The position numbers were made by a program, and so were the translations under genes. A stretch of 64,000 nt of DNA from Eledone cirrhosa (lineage: Eukaryota): positions 43,276,001 through 43,340,000 of the forward strand of contig OZ024757.1 in NCBI GenBank assembly GCA_964016885.1, in the 5' to 3' direction. The notes under the pieces are model-generated. The model made no database searches and was not told the origin of the DNA. It saw nothing but the letters and a program-made list of their open reading frames with translations. Shown here one piece after another: positions 11,565 to 23,760 of this stretch (its first letter is position 1; every line of letters starts with the position of its first letter).

Positions 11565-13426
11565 CAAGGCCGCCGGACCGTACTGCGCATGCGCCAAGGC
11601 CACCTGACTGTACTGCGCATGCGTCAAGGTCGCAGTACCGAACTGCGCATGCGCTAAGGCCGCCGGACCGACTGCGCATGCGCCAAGGCCGCCTGACTGT
11701 ACTGCGCATGCGTCAAGGTCGCAGTACCGAACTGCGCATGCGTTAAGGCCGCCGGACCGTACTGCGCAGGTGCCAAGGCCGCCGGACCGTAGTGCGCATG
11801 CGCCAAAGCCGCCGAACCGTACTGCGCATGCGCCAAGGCCGCCGTACCGTAGTGCGCATGCGCCAAGACCGACTGACTGTACTGCGCATGCGTCAAGGTC
11901 CCAGTACCGAACTGCGCATGCGCTAAGGCCGCCGGACCGTACTGCGCATGCGCCAAGGCCGCCGGACCGCAGTGCACATGCGCCAGAGCCGCCGAACCGT
12001 AGTGCGCCTGCGTCAAGGTCGCCGGACCATACTGCGCATGCGCCAAGCCCTCCGGACCGTAGTGCGCATGCGCTAAGGCCGCCGAACCGTACTGCGCATG
12101 CGCCAAAGCAGCTGGACCGTAGTGCGCATGCGCCAAGGCCACGGAACGGTACTGCGCATGATCCAAGACCGCCGGATCGTACTGCGCATGCCCCAAGGCC
12201 GTCGGACAGTAGTGCGCATGTGCCAAGGCCGCCAGACCGTAGTGCGCATGCTCCAAGACCGCCGGATCTTACTGCACATGCCCCAAGGCCGTCGGACCGT
12301 AGTGCGCATGTGCCAAGGCCGCCAGACCGTGGTGCGCATGCGCCAAGGCCGCCGAACCGTACTGCGCATGCGCCAAGGCCGCCGGACCTTTGTGCGCATG
12401 CGGTTCGGCGGCCTTGGCGCATGCGCACTACGGTCCGGCGACCTTCCCGCATGCGCACTACGTTCCGGTGGCCTTGGCACATGCGCAGTACGGTCCGGCG
12501 GCTTTGGCGCATGCGCATTACGGTCTGGCAGCCTTGGCGCATGCGCACTACGGTCCGGCGGCCTTGGCGCATGCGCACTACGTTCCGGCGGCCTTGGCGC
12601 ATGCGCACTACGTTCCGGTGGCCTTTGCGCATGCGCAGTACGGTCCAGCGGCCTTGGCGCATGCGCACAACGGTACGGCGGCCTTGGCGCATGCGCACTA
12701 CAGTCCAGTGGCCTTGGCGCATGCGCAGTAAGGTCCGGCGGCCTTAGCGCATGCGCAGTAAGGTCCGGCGGCCATGGCGCATGCGCACTAAGGGCCAGCG
12801 GTCTTTGCGCATGCGCACAACGGTACGGCGGCCTTGGCGCATGCGCACTACGTTCCGGTGGCCTTGACGCATGCGCAGTACTGTCCAGTGGCCTTGGCGC
12901 ATGCGCAGTAAGGTCCGGCGGCCTTAGCGCATGCGCAGTACGTTCCGGCGGCCTTGGCGCATGCGCACTAAGGGCCATCGTTCTTTGCGCATGCGCACAA
13001 CGGTCCGGCGGCCTTGGTGCATGCGCACTACGGTCCGGCAGCCTTGGCGCATGCGCACTACGGTCCGGCGGCTTTGGTGCATGCGCACTACGGTCTAGCA
13101 GCATTGGCGCATGCGCACTATAGCCCGGCGGCCTTGGCGCATGCGCAGTACGGCCCGGCGACCTTGGCGCATGCGCACTACGGTCTGGCGGCCTTGGCGC
13201 ACGCGCACTACGGTCCGGCGGTCTTGGCGCATGCACACTACGGTCCGGCGACCTTGCCGCATGCGCACTACGTTCCGGTGGCCTTGGCACATGCGCAGTA
13301 CGGTCCGGTGGCTTTGGCGCATGCGCACTACGGTCTGGCAGACTTGGCGCATGCGCACTACGGTCCGATGGCCTTGGCGCATGCGCACTACGTCCTGGTG
13401 GCCTTGGCGCATGCGCAGTACAGTCC

Positions 13427-13480
13427 ATATTTAGCCATTTTGAGTTATTTTAGTAATTTATGATGCAGTTTAACCATTTT
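13427..13480 (+). repeat. AT-rich linker, short form (54 bp)
   Basis: Same sequence as 5732-5785; R->F switch. Confidence 0.95.
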
Positions 13481-15402
13481 CAAGGCCGCCGGACCGTACT
13501 GCGCATGCGCCAAGGTCACCTGACTGTACTGCGCATGCGTCAAGGTCGCAGTACCGAACTGCGCATGCGCTAAGGCCGCCGGACCGACTGCGCATGCGCC
13601 AAGGCCGCCTGACTGTACTGCGCATGCGTCAAGGTCGCAGTACCGAACTGCGCATGCGTTAAGGCCGCCGGACCGTACTGCGCATGTGCCAAGGCCGCCG
13701 GACCGTAGTGCGCATGCGCCAAAGCCGCCGAACCGTACTGCGCATGCGCCAAGGCCGCCGGACCGTAGTGCGCATGCGCCAAGACCGACTGACTGTACTG
13801 CGCATGCGTCAAGGTCCCAGTACCGAACTGCGCATGCGCTAAGGCCGCCGGACCGTACTGCGCATGCGCCAAGGCCGCCGGACCGCAGTGCGCATGCGCC
13901 AGAGCCGCCGAACCGTAGTGCGCCTGCGTCAAGGTCGCCGGACCATACTGCGCATGCGCCAAGCCCTCCGGACCGTAGTGCGCATGCGCTAAGGCCGCCG
14001 AACCGTACTGCGCATGCGCCAAAGCAGCTGGACCGTAGTGCGCATGCGCCAAGGCCACGGAACGGTACTGCGCATGATCCAAGACCGCCGGATCGTACTG
14101 CGCATGCCCCAAGGCCGTCGGACAGTAGTGCGCATGTGCCAAGGCCGCCAGACCGTAGTGCGCATGCTCCAAGACCGCCGGATCTTACTGCGCATGCCCC
14201 AAGGCCGTCGGACCGTAGTGCGCATGTGCCAATGCCGCCAGACCGTAGTGCGCATGCGCCAAGGCCGCCGAACCGTACTGCGCATGCGCCAAGGCCGCCG
14301 GTCCTTTGTGCGCATGCGGTTCGGCGGCCTTGGCGCATGTGCACTACGGTCCGGCGACCTTCCCGCATGCGCACTACGTTCCGGTGGCCTTGGCACATGC
14401 GCAGTACGGTCCGGCGGCTTTGGCGCATGCGCACTACGGTCTGGCAGCCTTGGCTCATGCGCACTACGGTCCGGCGGCCTTGGCGCATGCGCACTACGTT
14501 CCGGCGGCCTTGGCGCATGCGCCCTACGTTCCGGTGGCCTTTGCGCATGCGCAGTACGGTCCAGCGGCCTTGGCGCATGCGCACAACGGTACGGCGGCCT
14601 TGGCGCATGCGCACTACGTTCCGGTGGCCTTGACGCATGCGCAGTACTGTCCAGTGGCCGTGGGGCATGCGCACTACAGTCCAGTGGCCTTGGCGCATGC
14701 GCAGTAAGGTCCGGCGGCCTTAGCGCATGCGCAGTAAGGTCCGGCGGCCATGGCGCATGCGCACTAAGGGCCAGCGGTCTTTGCGCATGCGCACAACGGT
14801 ACGGCAGCCTTGGCGCATGCGCACTACGTTCCGGTGGCCTTGACGCATGCGCAGTACTGTCCAGTGGCCTTGGCGCATGCGCAGTAAGGTCCGGCGGCCT
14901 TAGCGCATGCGCAGTACGTTCCGGCGGCCTTGGCGCATGTGCACTAAGGGCCATCGTTCTTTGCGCATGCGCACAACGGTCCGGCGGCCTTGGTGCATGC
15001 GCACTACGGTCCGGCAGCCTTGGCGCATGCGCACTACGGTCCGGCGGCTTTGGTGCATGCGCACTACGGTTTAGCAGCATTGGGGCATGCGCACTACAGC
15101 CCGGCGGCCTTGGCGCATGCGCAGTACGGCCCGGCGACCTTGGCGCATGCGCACTACGGTCTGGCGGCCTTGGCGCACGCGCACTACGGTCCGGCGGTCT
15201 TGGCGCATGCGCACTACGGTCCGGCGACCTTGCCGCATGCGCACTACGTTCCGGTGGCCTTGGCACATGCGCAGTACGGTCCGGTGGCTTTGGCGCATGC
15301 GCACTACGGTCTGGCAGACTTGGCGCATGCGCACTACGGTCCGATGGCCTTGGCGCATGCGCACTACGTCCTGGTGGCCTTGGCGCATGCGCAGTACAGT
15401 CC

Positions 15403-15633
15403 ATATTTAGCCCTTTTGAGTTATTTTAGTAATTTATGATGCAGTTTAACCATTTTAGAGCTATTTATAGTTATTTTAGACGTTTCAGTCGTGTTAGAGT
15501 AATTCTAGTCAATTATGATACGGTTTTAGCATTTTATTGTCACTTTAGTCATTTATTATGCCGTCTTAGCCATTTTGTTGTAATTTCAGTCATACATGAT
15601 GACATTTCGGCCATGTTAGTCCTTTTTGATGAC
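15403..15633 (+). repeat. AT-rich linker, medium form (231 bp)
   Basis: The long linker lacking its first 35 bp; runs ATATTTAGCC...TTTTTGATGAC. Confidence 0.95.
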
Positions 15634-18600
15634 GTGCCCATGCGCAAAGCCGCCTAACCGTAGTGCGCATGCGCCAAGGCCGCCGATACATAGTGAACAT
15701 GCGCCAAGGCCGTCGGACCATACTGCGCATGCGCCAAGGGCGCCGGACCGTTGTGCGCATGCGCCAAGGCCGCCTGACTGTACTGCGCATGCGTCAAGGT
15801 CGCATTACCGAACTGCGCATGCGCTAAGGCCGCCGGACCGTACTGCGCATGCGCCAAGGCCATCTGACTGTACTGCGCATGCGTCAAGGTCGCAGTACCG
15901 AACTGCGCATGCGCTAAGGCCGCCGGACCGTACTGCGCATGCGCCAAGGCCGCCGGACCGTAGTACGCATGCGCCAAGGCTGCCTGACTGTACTGCGCAT
16001 GCATCAAGGTCCCAGTACCGTACTGCGCATGCACCAAGACCGCCGGACCGTAGTGCGCATGCGCCAGAGCCGCCGAACCGTAGTGCGCATGCGCCAAGGC
16101 CGCCGGACCATACTGCGCATGCGCCAAGGCCGCCGGGCCGTAGTGCGCATGCGCCAAAGACGCGGGCCCGTAGTGCGCATGCGCCAAGGCCACCTGACTG
16201 TACTGCGCATGCGTCAAGGTCGCAGTACCGAACTGCGCATGCGCTAAGGCCGCCGGACCGTACTGCGCATGCGCCAAGGCCGCCTGACTGTACTGCGCAT
16301 GCGTCAAGGTCCCAGTACCGTACTGCGCATGCACCAAGACCGCCGGACCGTAGTGCGCATGCGCCAGAGCCGCTGAACCGTAGTGCGCATGCGCTAAGGC
16401 CGCCGGACCATACTGCGCATGCGCCAAAGACGCCGGACCGTAGTGCGCATGCGCCAAGGCCACCTCACTGTACTGCGCATGCGTCAAGGTCGCAGTACCG
16501 AACTGCGCATGCGCTAAGGCCGCTGGACCGTACTGCGCATGCGCCAAGGCCGCCTGACTATACTGCGCATGCGTCAAGGTCGCAGTACCGAACTGCGCAT
16601 GCGTTAAGGACGCCGGACCGTAGTGCGCATGCGCCAAGGCCGCCTGACTGTACTGCGCATGCGTCAAGGTCCCAGTACCGAACTGCGCATGCGCTAAGGC
16701 CGCCGGACCGTACTGCGCATGCGCCAAGGCCGCCGGACCGCAGTGCGCATGCGCCAGAGCCGCCGAACCGTAGTGCGCATGCGTCAAGGTCGCCGGACCA
16801 TACTGCGCATGCGCCAAGCCCGCCGGACCGTAGTGCGCATGCGCTAAGGCCGCTGAACCGTACTGCGCATGCGCCAAGGCAGATGGACCGTAGTGCGCAT
16901 GCGCCAAGGCCACCGGACCGTACTGCACATGCGCCAAGGACGCCGGACCGTAGTGCGCATGCGCCAAAGCCACCGGACCGTAGTGCGCATGCGACAATGC
17001 CGCAGTACCGTAGTGCGCATGCGCCAAGGCCACATGACCGTAGTGCGCATGCGCCAAGGCTGCCGGACCGTAGTGCGCATGCGCCAAGGCCGCCGGATCG
17101 TAGTGCGCATGCGCCAAAGCCGCCGGACCGTAGTGCGCATGCGCCAAGGCCGCCTGACTGTACTGCGCATGCGTCAAGGTCCCAGTACCGAACTGCGCAT
17201 GCGCTAAGGCCGCCGGACCGTACTGCGTATGCGCCAAGGCCGCCGGACCGCAGTGCGCATGCGCCAGAGCCGCCGAACCGTAGTGCGCCTGCGTCAAGGT
17301 CGCCGGACCATACTGCGCATGTGCCAAGCCCGCCGGACCGTAGTGCGCATGCGCTAAGGCCGCCGAACCGTACTGCGCATGCGCCAAAGCAGCTGCACCG
17401 TAGTGCGCATGCGCCAAGGCCACCGGACGGTACTGCGCATGCACCAAGACCGCCGGATCGTACTGCGCATGCCCCAAGGCCGTCGGACCGTAGTGCGCAT
17501 GTGCCAAGGCCGCCAGACCGTAGTGCGCATGCTCCAAGGCCGCCGGATCTTACTGCGCATGCCCCAAGGCCGTCGGATGGTAGTGCGCATGTGCCAAGGC
17601 CGCCAGACCGTAGTGCGCATGCGCCAAGTCCGCCGAACCGTACTGCGCATGCGCCAAGGCCGCCGGATCTTTGTGCGCATGCGGTTCGGTGGCCTTGGCG
17701 CATGCGCACTACTGTCCGGCGACCTTCCCGCATGCGCACTACGTTCCGGCGGCCTTGGCGCATGCGCACTACGTTCCGGTGGCCTTGGCGCATGCGCAGT
17801 ACTGTCCAGTGGCCTTGGCGCATGCGCAGTAAGGTCCGGCAGCCTTAGCGCATGCGCACTACGGTCCAGTGGCCTTATCGCATGCGCAGTAAGGTCCGGC
17901 GGCCATGGCGCATGCGCACTAAGGGCCAGCGGTCTTTGCGCATGCGCACAACTGTCCGGCGGCCTTCGCGCCTGCGCACTACGGTCCGGCGGCTTTGGTG
18001 CATGCGCACTACGTTCCGGTGGCCTTGGCGCATGCGCAGTACTGTCCAGTGGCCTTGGCGCATGCGCAGTAAGGTCCGGCAGCCTTAGCGCATGCGCAGT
18101 ACGTTCCGGCGGCCTTGGCGCATGCGCACGAAGGGCCATCGTTCTTTGCGCATGCGCACAACGGTCCGGCGGCCTTGGTGCATGCGCACTACAGCCCGGC
18201 GGCCTTGGCGCATGCGCAGTACGGCCCGGCGACCTTGGCGCATGCGCCCTACGGTCTGGCGGCCTTGGCGCACGCGCACTACGGTCCGGCGGTCTTGGCG
18301 CATGCGCACTACGGTCCGGCGACCTTGCCGCATGCGCACTACGTTCCGGTGGCCTTGGCACATGCGCAGTACGGTCCGGTGGCTTTGGCGCATGCGCACT
18401 ACGGTCTGGCAGACTTGGCGCATGCGCACTACGGTCCGATGGCCTTGGCGCATGCGCACTACGTCCTGCTGGCCTTGGCGCCTGCACAGTACAGTCCAGT
18501 GGCCTTGGCGCATGCGCAGTAAGGCCCGGCGGCCTTAGCGCATGCGCAGTAAGGTCCGGCGGCCATGGCGCATGCGCACTAAGGGCCAGCGGTCTTTGCG

Positions 18601-19197
18601 CATGCGCACAATGGTACGGCGGCCTTGGCGCATGCGCACTACGTTCCGGTGGCCTTGACGCATGCGCAGTACTGTCCAGTGGCCTTGGCGCATGCGCAGT
18701 AAGGTCCGGCGGCCTTAGCGCATGCGCAGTACGTTCCGGCGGCCTTGGCGCATGCGCAGTACGGTCCGGCGGCCTTAGCGCATGCGCAGTTCGGTACTGC
18801 GACCTTGACGCATGCGCAGTACAGTCAGGTGGCCTTGGCGCATGCGCACTACGGTCAGGCGTCTTTGGCGCATGCGCACTACGGTCCGGCGGCCCTGGCG
18901 CATGCGCAGTATGGTCCGGCGGCCTTGGCGCATGCGCACTACGGTTCGGCGGCTCTGGCGCATGCGCACTACGGTCCGGCGGTCTTGGTGCATGCGCAGT
19001 ACGGTACTGGGACCTTGATGCATGCGCAGTACAGTCAGGCGGCCTTGGCGCATGCGCATTACGGACCGGCGGCCTTGGCGCATGCGCAGTACGGTCCGGC
19101 GGCCTTAGCGCATGCGCAGTTCGGTACTGCGACCTTGACGCATGCGCAGTACAGTCAGGTGGCCTTGGCGCATGCGCAGTACGGTCCGGCGGCCTTG

Positions 19198-19251
19198 AAA
19201 ATGGTTAAACTGCATCATAAATTACTAAAATAACTCAAAATGGCTAAATAT
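19198..19251 (-). repeat. AT-rich linker, short form, reverse orientation
   Basis: Reverse complement of 5732-5785. Confidence 0.95.
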
Positions 19252-21499
19252 GGACTGTACTGCGCATGCGCCAAGGCCACCAGGACGTAGTGCGCATGCG
19301 CCAAGGCCATCGGACCGTAGTGCGCATGCGCCAAGTCTGCCAGACCGTAGTGCGCATGCGCCAAAGCCACCGGACCGTACTGCGCATGTGCCAAGGCCAC
19401 CGGAACGTAGTGCGCATGCGGCAAGGTCGCCGGACCGTAGTGCGCATGCGCCAAGACCGCCGGACCGTAGTGCGCGTGCGCCAAGGCCGCCAGACCGTAG
19501 TGCGCATGCGCCAAGGTCGCCGGGCCGTACTGCGCATGCGCCAAGGCCGCCGGACTGTAGTGCGCATGCCCCAATGCTGCTAGACCGTAGTGCGCATGCA
19601 CCAAAGCCACCGGACCGTAGTGCGCATGCGCCAAGGCTGCCGGACCGTAGTGCGCATGCACCAAGGCCGCCGGACCGTTGTGCGCATGCGCAAAGAACGA
19701 TGGCCATCTTAGTGAGCATGCGCCAAGGCCGCCGGAACGTACTGCGCATGCGCTAAGGCCGCCCGACCTTACTGCGCATGCGCCAAGGCCACTGGACAGT
19801 ACTGCGCATGCGTCAAGGCCACCAGAACGTAGTGCGCATGCGCCAAGGCCGCTGTACAGTTGTGCGCATGCGCAAAGACAGCTGGCCCTTAGTGCGCATG
19901 CGCCATGGCCGCCGGACCTTACTGCGCATGCGCCAAGGCCACTGGACTGTAGTGCGCATGCCCCAAGGCCACTGGACAGTACTGCGCATGCGTCAAGGCC
20001 ACCGGAACGTAGTGCGCATGCGCCAAGGCCGCCGTACCGTTGTGCGCATGCGCCAAGGCCGCTGGACCGTACTGCGCATGCGCAAAGGCCACCGGAACGT
20101 AGTGCGCATGCGCCAAGGCCGCCGGAACGTAGTGCGCATGCGCCAAGGCCGCCGGACCGTAGTGCGCATGCGCCAAGGCTGCCAGACCGTAGTGCGCATG
20201 CTCCAAGACCGCCGGATCTTACTGCGCATGCCCCAAGGCCGTCGGACCGTAGTGCGCATGTGCCAAGGCCGCCAGACCGTAGTGCGCATGCGCCAAGGCC
20301 GCCGAACCGTACTGCGCATGCGCCAAGGCCGCCGGACCTTTGTGCGCATGCGGTTCGGCGGCCTTGGCGCATGCGCACTACGGTCCGGCGACCTTCCCGC
20401 ATGCGCACTACGTTCCGGTGGCCTTGGCACATGCGCAGTACGGTCCGGCGGCTTTGGCGCATGCGCACTACGGTCTGGCAGCCTTGGCGCATGCGCACTA
20501 CGGTCCGGCGGCCTTGGCGGATGCGCACTACGGTCCGGCGGCCTTGGCGCATGCGCACTACGTTCCGGTGGCCTTGGCGCATGCGCAGTTGCTCCAGTGG
20601 CCTTGGCGCATGCGCAGTAAGGTCCGGCGGCTTTGGCGCATGCGCACTATGGTCTGTCAGACTTGGCGCATGCGCACTACGGTCCGGCGGCCTTGGCGCA
20701 TGCGCACTACGTTCCGGCGGCCTTGGCGCATGCGCACTACGTTCCGGTGGCCTTTGCGCATGCGCAGTACGGTCCAGCGGCCTTGGCGCATGCGCACAAC
20801 GGTACGGCGGCCTTGGCGCATGCGCACTACGTTCCGGTGGCCTTGACGCATGCGCAGTACTGTCCAGTGGCCTTGGGGCATGCGCACTACAGTCCAGTGG
20901 CCTTGGCGCATGCGCAGTAAGGTCCGGCGGCCATGGCGCATGCGCACTAAGGGCCAGCGGTCTTTGCGCATGCGCACAACGGTACGGCGGCCTTGGCGCA
21001 TGCGCACTACGTTCTGGTGGCCTTGACGCATGCGCTGTACTGTCCAGTGGCCTTGGCGCATGCGCAGTAAGGTCCGGCGGCCTTAGCGCATGCGCAGTAC
21101 GTTCCGGCGGCCTTGGCGCATGCGCACTACGGTTCGGCGGCTCTGGCGCATGCGCAGTACGGTTCGGCGGCCTTAGCGCATGCGCACTACGGTCCGGCGG
21201 GCTTGGCACATGCGCAGTATGGTCCGGCGACCTTGACGCAGGCGCACTACGGTTCGGCGGCTCTGGCGCATGCGCACTGCGGTCCGGCGGCCTTGGCGCA
21301 TGCGCAGTACGGTCCGGCGGCCTTAGCGCATGCGCAGTTCGGTACTGCGACCTTGACGCATGCGCAGTACAGTCAGGCGGCCTTGGCACATGCGCACTAC
21401 GGTCCGGCGGCCTTGGCGCATGCGCAGTATGGTCCGACGGCCCTGGCGCATGTGCACTATGTATCGGCGGCCTTGGCGCATGCGCACTACGGTTCGGCG

Positions 21500-23760
21500 G
21501 CTTTGGCGCATGCGCACTACGATCCGGCGGCCTTGGCGCATGCGCACTACGGTCATATGGCCTTGGCGCATGCGCACTACGGTACTGCGGCCTTGTCGCA
21601 TGCGCAGTACGGTACTGCGGACTTGGCGCATGCGCAGTACGGTCAGGCGGCTTTGGCCCATGCGCACTACGGTCCGGCGGGCTTGGCGCATGCGCAGTAT
21701 GGTCCGACGACCTTGACGCATGCGCACTACGGTTCGGCGGCTCTGGCGCATGCGCACTGCGGTCCGGCGGCCTTGGCGCATGCGCAGTACGGTCCGGCGG
21801 CCTTAGCGCATGCGCAGTTCGGTACTGGGACCTTGACGCATGCGCAGTACAGTCAGGCGGCCTTGGCGCATGCGCACTACGGTCCGGCGGCCTTGGCGCA
21901 TGCGCAGTACGGTCCGGCGGCCTTAACGCATGCGCAGTTCGGTACTGCGACCTTGACGCATGCGCAGTACAGTCAGGCGGCCTTGGCGCATGCGCATTAC
22001 GATCCGGCGGCCTTAGCGCATGCGCAGTTAAGTACTGCGACCTTGACGCATGCGCAGTACAGTCAGGTGGCCTTGGCGCATGCGCACTACGGGCCCGCGT
22101 CTTTGGCGCATGCGCACTACGGTCCGGCAGCCTTGGCGCATGCGCAGTATGGTCCGGCGGCCTTGGCGCATGCGCACTACGGTTCGGCGGCTCTGGCGCA
22201 TGCGCACTACGGTCCGGCGGTCTTGGTGCATGCGCAGTACGGTACTGGGACTTTGATGCATGCGCAGTACAGTCAGGCGGCCTTGGCGCATGCGCACTAC
22301 GGTCCGGCGGCCTTGGCGCATGCGCAGTACGGTGCGCAAAGAACGATGGCCCTTAGTGCGCATTCGCCAAGGCCGCCGGAACGTACTGCGCATGCGCTAA
22401 GGCCGCCGGACCTTACTGCGCATGCGCCAAGGCCACTGGACAGTACTGCGCATGCGTCAAGGCCACCGGAACGTAGTGCGCATGCGCCAAGGTTGCCGTA
22501 CCATTGTGCGCATGCGCAAAGACCGCTGGCCCTTAGTGCGCATGCGCCATGGCCGCCGGACCTTACTGCGCATGCGCTAAGGCCGCCGGGCCTTACTGCG
22601 CATGCGCCAAGGCCACTGGACTGTATTGCCTTGGCGCATGCGCACTACGGTCCGGCGGCCTTGGCGCATGCGCACTACGGTCATATGGCCTTGGCGCATG
22701 CGCACTACGGTACTGCGGCCTTGTCGCATGCGCAGTACGGTACTGCGGACTTGGCGCATGCGCAGTACGGTCAGGCGGCTTTGGCCCATGCGCACTACGG
22801 TCCGGCGGGCTTGGCGCATGCGCAGTATGGTCCGGCGACCTTGACGCATGCGCACTATGGTTCGGCGGCTCTGGCGCATGCGCACTGCGGTCCGGCGGCC
22901 TTGGCGCATGCGCAGTACGGTCCGGCGGCCTTAGCGCATGCGCAGTTCGGTACTGGGACCTTGACGCATGCGCAGTACAGTCAGGCGGCCTTGGCGCATG
23001 CGCACTACGGTCCGGCGGCCTTGGCGCATGCGCAGTACGGTCCGGCGGCCTTAACGCATGCGCAGTTCGGTACTGCGACCTTGACGCATGCGCAGTACAG
23101 TCAGGCGGCCTTGGCGCATGCGCATTACGGTCCGGCGGCCTTAGCGCATGCGCAGTTCAGTACTGCGACCTTGACGCATGCGCAGTACAGTCAGGTGGCC
23201 TTGGCGCATGCGCACTACGGGCCCGCGTCTTTGGCGCATGCGCACTACGGCCCGGCGGCCTTGGCGCATGCGCAGTATGGTCCGGCGGCCTTGGCGCATG
23301 CGCACTACGGTTCGGCGGCTCTGGCGCATGCGCACTACGGTCCGGTGGTCTTGGTGCATGTGCAGTACGGTACTGGGACTTTGATGCATGCGCAGTACAG
23401 TCAGGCGGCCTTGGCGCATGCGCACTACGGTCCGGCGGCCTTGGCGCATGCGCAGTACGGTGCGCAAAGAACGATGGCCCTTAGTGCGCATGCGCCAAGG
23501 CCGCCGGAACGTACTGCGCATGGGCTAAGGCCGCCGGACCTTACTGCGCATGCGCCAAGGCCACTGGATAGTACTGCGCATGCGTCAAGGCCACCGGAAC
23601 GTAGTGCGCATGCGCCAAGGACGCCGTACCATTGTGCGCATGCGCAAAGACCGCTGGCCCTTAGTGCGCATGCGCCATGGCCGCCGGACCTTACTGCGCA
23701 TGCGCTAAGGCCGCCGGGCCTTACTGCGCATGCGCCAAGGCCACTGGACTGTATTGCGCA
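21500..23760. repeat. ~1128-bp tandem duplication containing linker-less R->F junction K
   Basis: Junction CAGTACGGT|GCGCAAAGAACGATGG occurs at about 22333 and 23461 (offset 1128), with matching flanking variant order. A third copy is at about 27216. Confidence 0.8.

Larger units (their letters stand above)
9654..15402 (+). repeat. Three tandem copies of a ~1.9-kb higher-order unit (short linker-F arm-J-R arm)
   Basis: Linker starts at 9654, 11511, 13427 and 15403 give unit lengths 1857, 1916 and 1976 bp. Variant monomers occur in the same order in each copy. Copies 2 and 3 share a 1-bp deletion (GGACCG-ACTGC near 11670 and 13586). Confidence 0.9.
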
